The notes below the pieces were generated by a model. That model searched no databases. It worked only from the letters and a program-made list of their open reading frames with translations, and was not told the DNA's origin. A program made the translations under genes and the position numbers. Positions 8,308-16,563 of a DNA stretch of 57,216 nucleotides are shown piece by piece. Source of the DNA: an uncultured Candidatus Saccharibacteria bacterium (GTDB lineage: Bacteria > Patescibacteriota > Minisyncoccia > Phycocordibacterales > UBA2100). The stretch lies in contig CAYRHX010000006.1 of NCBI GenBank assembly GCA_964424265.1, forward strand, positions 1 through 57,216. Reading direction: 5' to 3'. Within the stretch, counting starts at the first letter, position 1. Each line of letters opens with the position of its first letter.

Positions 8308-9216
8308 ATGTCGATGGATCGCATCGAACCTAGGAAAGCGGGGGAACAGATCCCTTTCGACCTTCGCGCATTTGCTCACGCTTCGCAACTAATCCGTGAG
8401 CGTTTTGAGGTTGGTCCGTCAATCGATCGACTCGCATACCACAATCGTGAGCATACCGAAGGCGTCGTACGTCGCGCAAGAAAGATTGCTGAAGCCATGG
8501 ATCTCCCTGCGCGGGAAAAGATATTGGTACAGATCGCGGCTTCTTTCCACGATACGGTGCAAAGGTGGGAGCTTACTCAAAAAGAAGACGGAGCTGCATT
8601 GCGTAAGCGGCAAACTACGACCAACGAACTCGCAAGTGCTGACGAAGCTGTTGCATGGATGAAAAAGCAGGCAGACGCACGCTTCACTAACGAAGAGTGT
8701 GCAATCGTGCACGCCGCTATTCGCGTGACGATCCCGGTGTGGAACGAGGTATATGGGACGGTCTACCAAGATGCGCTTAGGCCTGAGAGTCATCCGGTCG
8801 TGCGAGCTGTAGCGCTTGCAGACATTGGATCGTCGGGAATGGAGCCCTCCGTATTTCAAAAGGAAGGAGATTGGCTTTTTGCCGAACAAGAAATCGACAT
8901 CATCAAGGCGATTCGAAATGCACAAAGCTCTGAAGACATAAGTCCCGAAAAGCAGACGCAGTATCTCGAAAGATACAGAGCGTGGATAAAATCTCAAATT
9001 GGATTTGCGCAGGGACGGCAGGCGCTCTTTGAGGATGAGCTTGGAGATCTTGACGAGGCGAGTACGGATCGTGTCCGGCATCTCTTTGCTCACTTTGCCG
9101 AAGGCATAGAGGCAGCGGAAGAAAATTCGAAGATCGCGGAAAAATGTACTTTTGAGCAAATGGCCCGTCGCCTTGTTCCCACCGCGTTTTCGGCGGGAGA
9201 TAGGGAGTCGCAGTAA
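8308..9216 (+). CDS. HD-domain (metal-dependent phosphohydrolase superfamily) protein
   Basis: 302 aa. YHNREHTEGV ... AASFHDTVQ gives the H...HD pattern. The rest is not recognisable. Confidence 0.6.
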   Translation: MSMDRIEPRKAGEQIPFDLRAFAHASQLIRERFEVGPSIDRLAYHNREHTEGVVRRARKIAEAMDLPAREKILVQIAASFHDTVQRWELTQKEDGAALRKRQTTTNELASADEAVAWMKKQADARFTNEECAIVHAAIRVTIPVWNEVYGTVYQDALRPESHPVVRAVALADIGSSGMEPSVFQKEGDWLFAEQEIDIIKAIRNAQSSEDISPEKQTQYLERYRAWIKSQIGFAQGRQALFEDELGDLDEASTDRVRHLFAHFAEGIEAAEENSKIAEKCTFEQMARRLVPTAFSAGDRESQ

Positions 9217-9223
9217 ATGAGCT

Positions 9224-9619
9224 ATGCCTCCACGCAATTCAATCAAGGTGCTGATGATAGACGACGAGAGGCTTTTGCTCGATATCTACAGGATAAAATT
9301 TGAAAATAGCGGATTCGAAGTATATACATGCAATTCGGCAGATGATGGGGTGGCATTGTTGCGCTCGGGCTATGCTCCGGAAGTGATCTTGCTCGACATT
9401 ACGATGCCTGTGAAGAGCGGATACCAATTTTTGGAGGACGTGAAAAGGGGGAATTTGCGCGGGGAAAGCCTCATCGTCGCTCTTACCAACGAATGGCAGG
9501 AAGGAGAAAAGCAGCGGATGGCAGAACTCGGGGCAGACGCACATCTGGTGAAAGCCCACTATGTGCCGAGTGAAATCGTCGCTGTTGTACGGGAGTTGTT
9601 GGAAAAGAAGAAGAGGTAA
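9224..9619 (+). CDS. Stand-alone response-regulator receiver (CheY-like) protein
   Basis: 131 aa. VLMIDDE...ILLDITMPVKSG...K at the expected receiver-domain positions. Confidence 0.85.
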   Translation: MPPRNSIKVLMIDDERLLLDIYRIKFENSGFEVYTCNSADDGVALLRSGYAPEVILLDITMPVKSGYQFLEDVKRGNLRGESLIVALTNEWQEGEKQRMAELGADAHLVKAHYVPSEIVAVVRELLEKKKR

Positions 9620-9662
9620 TCACCGATTTACACATTCTCACTCGACGCTATACACTTGTGTC

Positions 9663-10670
9663 ATGGCGCTCCAAGGTACGACAGGCTTTACATCGGTCGC
9701 GGCGGCGCTCATCGGCAACACGCTTGTCACGATCATCAAATTCGCGGCGGCGATCGTGTCGGGCTCCAGCTCGATGTTTTCCGAGGCCGTGCATAGCTTG
9801 GCTGATACGCTCAATCAGCTCCTCCTTCTCATCGGCCTTCGGCGTTCGCTCAAAAAGGCAGATGATTATTTTGAATATGGGTACGGCAACGAGCTTTCCT
9901 TCTGGGCACTCATCTCCGCGTGCGGTATTTTTTTCGTAGGCGCGGGTGTGACGGCGTATAGTGGCATTTTCGCTTTTCTCAATCCGCATCACGTCAGCAT
10001 TTCGCCAATAATTTTCGGGGTGCTCATACTCGCGTTTCTCATAGAATCGTACACGCTCTGGGTCGCTGCTTCCCAGTTGGTAAAAGCGTTTCCGCGCTCA
10101 AAGTGGAAGAAGCGTCTTGCGCAAGCAGACCCTTCCACGCTCGCCGTTTTTCTCGAAGACACGGTAGCGGTGATCGGGGTGCTGGTCGCTCTCGTAAGCA
10201 TTACACTTTCGTATTACACGGGTAATACGATTTGGGACGCGATTGGTTCCATCGTGATCGCCGCTCTCCTCGCTGTGGTAGCCGTGATCCTCATTATCAA
10301 AAACCGATCGTATCTACTTGGCCGCTCGATTCCCGAGAGCTTGCAGGAAGAAATCATCGAATCGCTGCTTCACGAGCCCGCGATAGAAAGGGTGCACGAT
10401 TTCAAATCAGCAGTCCTGAGCTTTGGAGTGTATCGCATCAAATGTGAGATTGAATTTAATGGTGCCTCGCTTCTCGGCGATGCGTATCAGCAATCAGCAT
10501 TGCGCGATGAATATGAAGAGGTCCGAGATGACTACGAATCGTTTAAGCGATTTTGCGCAGATTATGCCGATCGCATCCCGCGCTTGATGGGGAAGAAGAT
10601 CGACGAGATAGAAGCCCGCATCCGCAAAGAGTATCCCGGCATCCGCCACATCGATATTGAGATCAATTAG
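9663..10670 (+). CDS. Cation diffusion facilitator (CDF) family metal efflux transporter
   Basis: ORF 9561-10670 trimmed to ATG 9663 (MALQGTTGF...) to avoid overlapping the receiver gene. Six TM segments, a FSEAVHSLADTLNQ motif in TM2, and a C-terminal cytoplasmic domain. Confidence 0.85.
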   Translation: MALQGTTGFTSVAAALIGNTLVTIIKFAAAIVSGSSSMFSEAVHSLADTLNQLLLLIGLRRSLKKADDYFEYGYGNELSFWALISACGIFFVGAGVTAYSGIFAFLNPHHVSISPIIFGVLILAFLIESYTLWVAASQLVKAFPRSKWKKRLAQADPSTLAVFLEDTVAVIGVLVALVSITLSYYTGNTIWDAIGSIVIAALLAVVAVILIIKNRSYLLGRSIPESLQEEIIESLLHEPAIERVHDFKSAVLSFGVYRIKCEIEFNGASLLGDAYQQSALRDEYEEVRDDYESFKRFCADYADRIPRLMGKKIDEIEARIRKEYPGIRHIDIEIN

Positions 10671-10735
10671 GGGCTGCGCGACTTTTGACCCGTATCGTAT
10701 CTCGGTGAGGACGTAGGACAGGTAATACTGAAAAC

Positions 10736-10764
10736 TTGATTTATTGGTTATAGTATGTTATAAT
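10736..10764 (+). promoter_or_regulatory. Near-consensus sigma-70-type promoter (TTGATT - 17 nt - TATAAT)
   Basis: TTGATT at 10736-10741, a 17-nt spacer, TATAAT at 10759-10764. This is about 50 nt upstream of the GGGAGG Shine-Dalgarno and GTG starts of the next gene. Confidence 0.5.
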
Positions 10765-10811
10765 GAAAGCTGGGGCAATTCCGCCCTGTACCTTTAAAAA
10801 AAAGAAGGGAG

Positions 10812-11585
10812 GTGCCCGTGGGCATCGTCAATTTCCTGCTCCCCTGTGCTCTGATGGGCGTGGGGATCGCGATCGATGTGACGATCGCGACGATTTCGAA
10901 ATTCCGGGACGGAAGCCTCGGATTTCGTACGTGGACGGTGCCGATCACGGCCACCCACGTGTTGTTCCCCGCAACGGGGTACTATATTTTTTGGGGGTTG
11001 GGAGAGGTTTTCCCCGCCCTTCACCTCCTCCTCGGGCTGGCCGGCTTCATCCTCGTAGGGTTGTTCATCTACGAGGTCCTCGCCCAGTCGGTGGGGTCGG
11101 AGCCGGTCTTCGGGATCTCGGCCTTCATTGGCCGGGTCTTCGGGCTTGAGGGCGACGACTCACGCCGGTTCATCGCGATTCTCGCGGTGAGCTGGGACGC
11201 TCTTTGGAGCGGACCGGCTAAGGCAGCGCAAGCTGCCGCCGGCCACTGGACGACGAACGAAGTGTTTCTTTCGTTTTTCGTCGCCGGTGCGGTCGTGGCC
11301 GTGATCGCACAATTCGCGCTGCTTGCAGCCTTAGGTCTGCGGCGCGTGAAGTTCGCGGACGCGGTTGCCATGGCCTGCTTCAATTTTTGGGCGAAGTGGG
11401 TCGAACTCTCCGTAATAGGGGGGTTCGGCGTGCTCTCCCTCTGGCAGGGGGTCGCCGGGGAGGGAGACCTCTACTGGTCGATCGCCATTGCGGCGGTTGG
11501 TCTCGGGTTCGTATTCTTATGGTTCCGCAAGGAGCTGATGAAAAATGAGTTCGAGGCGGCCCGAAAGGCGACCGCCCCGCCCTGA
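10812..11585 (+). CDS. Multi-pass membrane protein, MntP/DUF204-like (putative Mn/metal exporter)
   Basis: 257 aa with a GTG start (10812, or 10818 if GGGAGG at 10807-10812 is the SD). Two internal repeats carry Asp-containing TM motifs (GIAIDVTIATISK and LAVSWDALWSG), resembling the duplicated DUF204 repeat of MntP. Notably GC-rich. Confidence 0.55.
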   Translation: MPVGIVNFLLPCALMGVGIAIDVTIATISKFRDGSLGFRTWTVPITATHVLFPATGYYIFWGLGEVFPALHLLLGLAGFILVGLFIYEVLAQSVGSEPVFGISAFIGRVFGLEGDDSRRFIAILAVSWDALWSGPAKAAQAAAGHWTTNEVFLSFFVAGAVVAVIAQFALLAALGLRRVKFADAVAMACFNFWAKWVELSVIGGFGVLSLWQGVAGEGDLYWSIAIAAVGLGFVFLWFRKELMKNEFEAARKATAPP

Positions 11586-11612
11586 TCTCTCTGATCTTTT
11601 TTGACCCACTAC

Positions 11613-11653
11613 CCGCCGCGGTTTTCTTCGGAAAACTCGCGGCGGAGCTTTTT
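11613..11653 (+). terminator. Rho-independent terminator
   Basis: CCGCCGCG-GTTTTCTTCGGAAAACT-CGCGGCGG with an inner stem and UUCG loop, followed by AGCTTTTTA. Confidence 0.6.
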
Positions 11654-11708
11654 ATACAGACACAAGCAACTTTTTACGACAGATACCACTTATACACGAT
11701 ACCTCTAC

Positions 11709-11738
11709 CTTATTATTTCACGGTCGTATATTATAAGG
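11709..11738 (+). promoter_or_regulatory. Operator-like motif, copy A (CTTATTATTTCACGGTCGTATATTATAAGG)
   Basis: Immediately upstream of ATG 11741. It shares CTTAT-AT-T(T/C)CACGGTCGT...ATATAAGG with copy B at 12391-12422. Confidence 0.4.
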
Positions 11739-11740
11739 TA

Positions 11741-12328
11741 ATGGGAAATATAGAGCATGCGGTGCGGAAGCGAGTGAAAAAACAGAATATTCAGAGGGCA
11801 ATTCTCGCCGCAATCAAAGTCGCGGGAATTCTTTCACTTGCAATGATGGCGCCGAACACACTCCAGCTACTCAAGTATGCTCCGGGTATGCGTTCGCGTT
11901 ACGCTACTCGCGTCTCTGAATCGCTGCGTCGGCTTGAAAGCAAGGGTTTGATCAAGATCGAGGGGCGGGGTCCGCGACAGCAGGCACGCCTTACGAAGCG
12001 CGGTGAATCATTACTCGCTCGGCTTGAGATCGGTTCGGCAAGATACAAACCTCCCGCTCGATGGGATAGGAGGTGGAGAATTGTCATGTTTGATATTGCC
12101 GAGAGTCGTCGACCGGATCGCGATCGCCTCCGCCACCTCCTCGTCTCTATTGGGTTCCATAAATTGCAGGATAGTGTGTGGATCTTTCCGTATGATTGTG
12201 AAGATGTTGTCGCGCTTTTGAAGGCGGATTTTGCATTGGGTAGAGAGGTGCTTTATGTGGTGACAGATCAGGTGGAAGGAGAGCGATGGCTTCGAGGACT
12301 TTTTAAACTTCCCTCGGACGAGGTGTAA
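11741..12328 (+). CDS. PaaX-like / Cas2-fold C-terminal domain regulator with an N-terminal wHTH-like region
   Basis: 195 aa. WDRRWRIVMFDIAESRRPDRDRLRHLLVSIGFHKLQDSVWIFPYDC matches the W-D-x-x-W-R-I-V-x-F-D-I-P/A-E...R...L...GF..LQ.SVW..P pattern of PaaX-C-like proteins common in small-genome bacteria. Confidence 0.6.
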   Translation: MGNIEHAVRKRVKKQNIQRAILAAIKVAGILSLAMMAPNTLQLLKYAPGMRSRYATRVSESLRRLESKGLIKIEGRGPRQQARLTKRGESLLARLEIGSARYKPPARWDRRWRIVMFDIAESRRPDRDRLRHLLVSIGFHKLQDSVWIFPYDCEDVVALLKADFALGREVLYVVTDQVEGERWLRGLFKLPSDEV

Positions 12329-12390
12329 CGCTGTGATCAAATCGAATGCCCGCGTAACATATGAGTAAAATCTCACCCGCACTCACTGTA

Positions 12391-12422
12391 CTTATAATTC
12401 CACGGTCGTGGAAATATAAGGG
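12391..12422 (+). promoter_or_regulatory. Operator-like motif, copy B: near-perfect 14-bp inverted repeat CTTATAATTCCACG-GT-CGTGGAAATATAAG
   Basis: Seen directly. The reverse complement of the left arm (CGTGGAATTATAAG) differs from the right arm (CGTGGAAATATAAG) at one position. It lies ~45 nt upstream of the first of two paralogous membrane genes. Confidence 0.45.
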
Positions 12423-12465
12423 AAAGGGAATCCACAGGGAGATCTGATGGAGGTATTGGTAATCG

Positions 12466-13068
12466 TTGGTAAGATGGTCGCTTGTGTATAATTTTCAAAA
12501 CGTCCTTGGAGTGGCCGCTGTTGTGATCGCGCTTGTAAGCTATGTCCCGTACATACGGGATATCCTTCGTGGTAACACAAAGCCGCATCCCGTGTCGTGG
12601 TTTGCATTCGCGCTTCTCATGGCGATCACTTTCGGAGCGCAGGTCGTGACGGGCGCGGGCCCGGGTGCGTGGGTTATGGGAGTGAGTGCGATTTGTATTT
12701 TTGCAATTGCGATTTTTGCAATCGTACGAGGAGGTGTTGAGGTTGTACCATTTGATTGGGCGTGCCTTATCGCCGCGGTTTTCGGCATTGTGCTATGGCT
12801 CGTCACGAATGATCCGCTGACAGCTGTCATCATTGTGACCATAACAGATGCCGTAGCAATGGGGCCGATGTTTCGGAAAGCGTATCTAAAACCATATGAG
12901 GAGACATTAAGTCTCTTTGTCTTATCCATCGCAAAATTTGTAGTCGGCTTCTTTGCTTTTTCAGCGTTTACACTTACCAACGCCCTTTTTCCGAGCGTCA
13001 TTATCGGGCTCAACGTCGCGTTCGTTATTCTGCTCATCTATCGCCGCAAACAGGTTAAGATGACCTGA
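12466..13068 (+). CDS. Multi-pass membrane protein, paralogue 1 (possibly PQ-loop/SWEET-like 3+1+3 topology)
   Basis: 200 aa with a TTG start as called by the track; the exact start is uncertain. Contains PYIRDILRGNTKPHPVS after TM1 and a second similar element, GPMFRKAYLKPYEETLS, in the second half. Confidence 0.6.
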   Translation: MVRWSLVYNFQNVLGVAAVVIALVSYVPYIRDILRGNTKPHPVSWFAFALLMAITFGAQVVTGAGPGAWVMGVSAICIFAIAIFAIVRGGVEVVPFDWACLIAAVFGIVLWLVTNDPLTAVIIVTITDAVAMGPMFRKAYLKPYEETLSLFVLSIAKFVVGFFAFSAFTLTNALFPSVIIGLNVAFVILLIYRRKQVKMT

Positions 13069-13667
13069 TGTACGAGTATCACGTGGTTCTTACGATCGCC
13101 TCCATACTTTTTGGAGTCGTTGGAAACGCTCTCTATATCAGAAGTGTCGTGCGTGGCGCAACGAAGCCTCACGTTTTCACATGGCTGAGCTTTTTTATCA
13201 TAGACATAATCATTTTCGCTGTGCAATTGACGCACGGTGGAGGTCTGGGTGCGTGGGTTACGTTTGCGAGTGTCGTGGCAATTTTCATCATATGTATTCT
13301 CGCGCTCAAGCGGGGAGAGAAAAACATCACGCTATCGGACTGGATATCGTTTGCAGCCGCTCTTGCGGGTATCGTTCTCTGGAGAGTGATGGGGGATCCG
13401 CTCGCCGCGGTCGTACTGCTCACCGCGACCAACACCATCGCGACCATCCCCACGATCCGGAAGTCATACGCGAAGCCGTTTGAAGAATCGATAAGCTTGT
13501 GGAGTCTGGACATTGCAAAATTCACCCTCGGCATCTTCGCGCTCTCTAGCATCACCCTCACAACCGCGCTTTTCCCTGCGGGTATCGTCGTCACAAACTC
13601 CTTTATTGTCGCGCTGATCCTCTTCCGCCGCGCCATTGACAGGAAAAGGGCATCTGGTAGCGTATAG
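13068..13667 (+). CDS. Multi-pass membrane protein, paralogue 2 of the preceding gene
   Basis: 199 aa. The ATG overlaps the upstream TGA by 1 nt (TGATG). It is collinear with paralogue 1: ALYIRSVVRGATKPHVFTW versus VPYIRDILRGNTKPHPVSW, and IPTIRKSYAKPFEESIS versus GPMFRKAYLKPYEETLS. Confidence 0.7.
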   Translation: MYEYHVVLTIASILFGVVGNALYIRSVVRGATKPHVFTWLSFFIIDIIIFAVQLTHGGGLGAWVTFASVVAIFIICILALKRGEKNITLSDWISFAAALAGIVLWRVMGDPLAAVVLLTATNTIATIPTIRKSYAKPFEESISLWSLDIAKFTLGIFALSSITLTTALFPAGIVVTNSFIVALILFRRAIDRKRASGSV

Positions 13668-13764
13668 GAGTTATGCAAAGGTCTTCCGCAGGAATGATGG
13701 AAATGATGATGCTCTCTAGAGCGGAGGTGTTTTGCCTGCATATCTAAAAACTAGACATTCAGAC

Positions 13765-13797
13765 AAAAACCCTCCGCCCGGAGGGTTTTTGTTTTGT
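13765..13797. terminator. Rho-independent terminator with A-tract / T-tract flanks (could act in either direction)
   Basis: AAAAACCCTCCG-CCC-GGAGGGTTTTTGTTTTG. Confidence 0.7.
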
Positions 13798-13908
13798 TCT
13801 TTCTGTTCTTTGACTCGTTCGACAAGCTCAGAACAAGAAAGTTGGGGGCATTAGGCTGGCAGGGGAATCCTTCCTCGTTAGCCAGTGCTTCCAACGAAGG
13901 GGGAAGGA

Positions 13909-14745
13909 ATGACGGTAAAAAAGATTCGGGATCTGCTGCCGGCGGATCTCATATCCGGGATCGGTGACGCTTGCGTCGCGATCCCAGATTGGGCATTCGT
14001 GCCCGATGAGTGGAGTACCGCGTTTTTACGCGGGCTTCTTGCCCTCGCTCCTTCTTGGGAGGGGAAGCGGATTTGGGAGGTGGGAGTTGGGACGGGCATT
14101 AACTTACTCGTTTTGCACCCGCGGGTGCGTGGTGCCCCTGTGTGGTATTTTTCCGATTTCGACGAGCGGTGCGTGCCGCTCGCTGTCGAAAATCTGAGCA
14201 GGAGGAATAGGGAACAGCTCTTCCCGCTCCACGGGAAGTGGGACTTGCTCACACCAAATGGTGGGGAGAGTCCGGATGCTGACATCATCTTCGCCTGCAT
14301 TCCGCAGGTGCCGATGGAGATGGGGCTTGAGGTGGGCGATGCTCTCGCCCACTACTATTGCCCCGAGCGATATCCGAACTCACATCTGCACCCTTGCGGG
14401 CTCGGCCTCGTTGAGGCCCTGTTGCAGCAGGCAAGGGGGGTACTCTCCCGAAGGGGGGAGGTCGTGCTCAACCTCGGCGGTCGCCCAGGCCTCCGGCGGC
14501 TACGGAGCATGTTTGCGGACAACGGCTATCGTCCGCGAGTCGTACACGAGGAGGTTATCCCGCAACACGCGGGCACCTCTCTCAAGGCCCTCGCGGCTCT
14601 CGAGGGCAACGGCCACGAAGATTTCGAATTCTTCGTCGAGCCGGACGGCACCAGCCCGATCTGCGCCTATACGGCGGAGGCGCGGCGCGTGACCGACCTC
14701 CCCGTTTATCACAAAATCTACGTCATCGCGGGCACGATGATGTAG
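13909..14745 (+). CDS. Class I SAM-dependent methyltransferase (specificity unknown)
   Basis: ORF 13885-14745 trimmed to ATG 13909, which follows GGGGGAAGGA. Motif I is IWEVGVGTGINL, with a later FACIPQVP segment. GC-rich relative to neighbours. Confidence 0.7.
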   Translation: MTVKKIRDLLPADLISGIGDACVAIPDWAFVPDEWSTAFLRGLLALAPSWEGKRIWEVGVGTGINLLVLHPRVRGAPVWYFSDFDERCVPLAVENLSRRNREQLFPLHGKWDLLTPNGGESPDADIIFACIPQVPMEMGLEVGDALAHYYCPERYPNSHLHPCGLGLVEALLQQARGVLSRRGEVVLNLGGRPGLRRLRSMFADNGYRPRVVHEEVIPQHAGTSLKALAALEGNGHEDFEFFVEPDGTSPICAYTAEARRVTDLPVYHKIYVIAGTMM

Positions 14746-14816
14746 CGGACATGAGCGCGGTCGGTGCCCCCAAGCACCGACCGCCTCAAAACTTCTATCT
14801 GATAACATTAGGAATT

Positions 14817-15695
14817 ATGAAATTTTCAATACAAAAGCCACTTTTCCTTTCAGGTGCGACAGGTACCGAAATTCAGCGTCGCGGGTTTCCTACCACGTTG
14901 CCACTTTGGTCAGCGCAGGTGCTTTTCGACAGGCCCGACCTCTTGACGGAGATATATCTCGATTACATTCGTGCCGGCGCGGATATCATTACGACCAACA
15001 CATTTCGTACTCAACGACGCACGCTCGCTCTTGCCGGTCTCGCAGATGAGACAGAACGTATCAATCGGCTTGCTGTAGATCTGGCAGTTGCCGCACGAGA
15101 TGCGGAGAAACGTTCAAGGCCTGTATATATTGCGGGCTGCATCACAACTCTCGAAGATTGTTACCGACCTGATCTCGTTCCTGCGCCTGGCGTGTGCGCG
15201 GCAGAGCACGACGAACAGGTTTCGTTGCTAGCCGAAACGCCCGTTGATTTTTTCCTTCTTGAGACGTTCAATACGATCACGGAAGCAGAAATTGCAGCGA
15301 AGAAAGTCGCGAAAACCGGGAGGCCGTTCGCTGTGAGTTTTACTGCAGGGCTCGACGGAAATATTCTCAACGGCGACACATGGGAGAATGCTGTGGTGCG
15401 CCTTGCTCCACTCTCTCCGCTTGTGATCATGGTCAATTGCGTGGCTCCGGATGTCGCTACGCACGCACTGGGTCTCCTCGCACCAGTCGCAAAGGCCCAC
15501 AACATTCCTTTTGGGGCTTATGCAAACGGTACGGGTGTCGCCGGGGGAGAGGAAGGTTGGTTGTTTTCTCAGACGGGATCTCCTGTTCAAGAGTATGCGG
15601 GCGAGTGCAAAAAGTGGCAGAAGATGGGTGCGACTGTTATTGGGGGGTGTTGCGGGACTTCGCCCGAATATACAAAGCTTTACAGCCAGTTATAA
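14817..15695 (+). CDS. Homocysteine S-methyltransferase family protein
   Basis: ORF trimmed to ATG 14817 (MKFSIQKPLFLSGATGTEIQRRG...). Contains GADIITTNTF and the C-terminal zinc-site GGCCGTSPEY typical of the Hcy S-methyltransferase domain. Confidence 0.85.
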   Translation: MKFSIQKPLFLSGATGTEIQRRGFPTTLPLWSAQVLFDRPDLLTEIYLDYIRAGADIITTNTFRTQRRTLALAGLADETERINRLAVDLAVAARDAEKRSRPVYIAGCITTLEDCYRPDLVPAPGVCAAEHDEQVSLLAETPVDFFLLETFNTITEAEIAAKKVAKTGRPFAVSFTAGLDGNILNGDTWENAVVRLAPLSPLVIMVNCVAPDVATHALGLLAPVAKAHNIPFGAYANGTGVAGGEEGWLFSQTGSPVQEYAGECKKWQKMGATVIGGCCGTSPEYTKLYSQL

Positions 15696-15708
15696 ACTGG
15701 CGGAGCCT

Positions 15709-16554
15709 ATGCTAGTATGTCCCCTAATGAGCCGGGATTTTAGACAGCTTTTGGAGAAAAAATGGGAGGAGGGTAAGTTTGTATGTGTCGGGCTCGATAC
15801 TGATTTTGAAAAGATCCCTGAAGTGATCCGCCAAGGAAGCGTGCGAGAGACGGTCGTTGCATTTAATCGCGCGATTATTGATGCGACCAAAGACATTGTG
15901 TGTGCCTACAAGCCCAACAGTGCATTTTACGAAGCGCATGGCGATGAGGGCTTAAGCGCGCTTCGCGAAACGATTCAGTACATCAATGACCAGGCGCCTG
16001 CGGTGCCGGTGATTCTCGACGCTAAGCGCGGGGACATAGGAAATACGAATGGCAAATATGCTGAGGCGGCGTTTGATCATCTGCGCGCAGATGCGATCAC
16101 CGTGCATCCCTACTTCGGCTCAGACGCGCTCAAGCCTTTTTTTGAGCGACGTGAAAAGGGAATTATCATCTTGTGCCGATCTTCGAATCCTGGTTCTGGA
16201 GAAATCCAAGGTCTCGAAGTGGGCGGTAAGCCACTGTATCAAGAGGTTGCTCGTATGGTGGCGGGGCCATGGAATTCGCAAGGCAACTGCTCTGTTATGG
16301 TGGGAGCAACGAACATAGAAGAACTTGCCGCTGTACGCAAAATCGTTGGTGATATGCCAATACTGATTCCGGGGATTGGGGTGCAGGGCGGGGATCTTGC
16401 GAAGACAGTCGCAGCCGGTAAGGATAGTCGCGGTCGAGGAATGATCATCTGCGCTTCGCGATCTGTTATCTTCGCGTCGAATGGAAAAGATTTTGCAGAG
16501 GCGGCGCGTGAGAAAACCACAGAACTCCATAGCGCAATACAGGAAGCGTTATAA
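15709..16554 (+). CDS. pyrF: Orotidine-5'-phosphate decarboxylase (type 2)
   Basis: ORF 15451-16554 trimmed to ATG 15709; ATG 15727 is an alternative. VCVGLDTD...AYKPNSAFYE...ILDAKRGDIGNT...PGIGVQGG. Confidence 0.85.
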   Translation: MLVCPLMSRDFRQLLEKKWEEGKFVCVGLDTDFEKIPEVIRQGSVRETVVAFNRAIIDATKDIVCAYKPNSAFYEAHGDEGLSALRETIQYINDQAPAVPVILDAKRGDIGNTNGKYAEAAFDHLRADAITVHPYFGSDALKPFFERREKGIIILCRSSNPGSGEIQGLEVGGKPLYQEVARMVAGPWNSQGNCSVMVGATNIEELAAVRKIVGDMPILIPGIGVQGGDLAKTVAAGKDSRGRGMIICASRSVIFASNGKDFAEAAREKTTELHSAIQEAL

Positions 16555-16563
16555 AATACTCCA

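Noticed and set aside
8419-9246. 275-aa minus-strand ORF. Similar long antisense ORFs occur at 18195-18854, 27371-28297, 28868-29713, 38853-39644, 39687-40442 and 48628-49530
   Set aside because: Each lies entirely inside, and antisense to, a gene with strong family signatures (HD protein, purH, ftsZ, ftsA, gyrA, the 807-aa fusion). Their translations are low-complexity or Arg/Ser-rich and have no recognisable motifs.
10765-10811. Possible yybP-ykoY (Mn2+) riboswitch ahead of the MntP-like gene
   Set aside because: The leader between the predicted -10 box and the start codon is only ~50 nt and lacks the four-helix architecture and conserved cores of that riboswitch. It is too short to be one.
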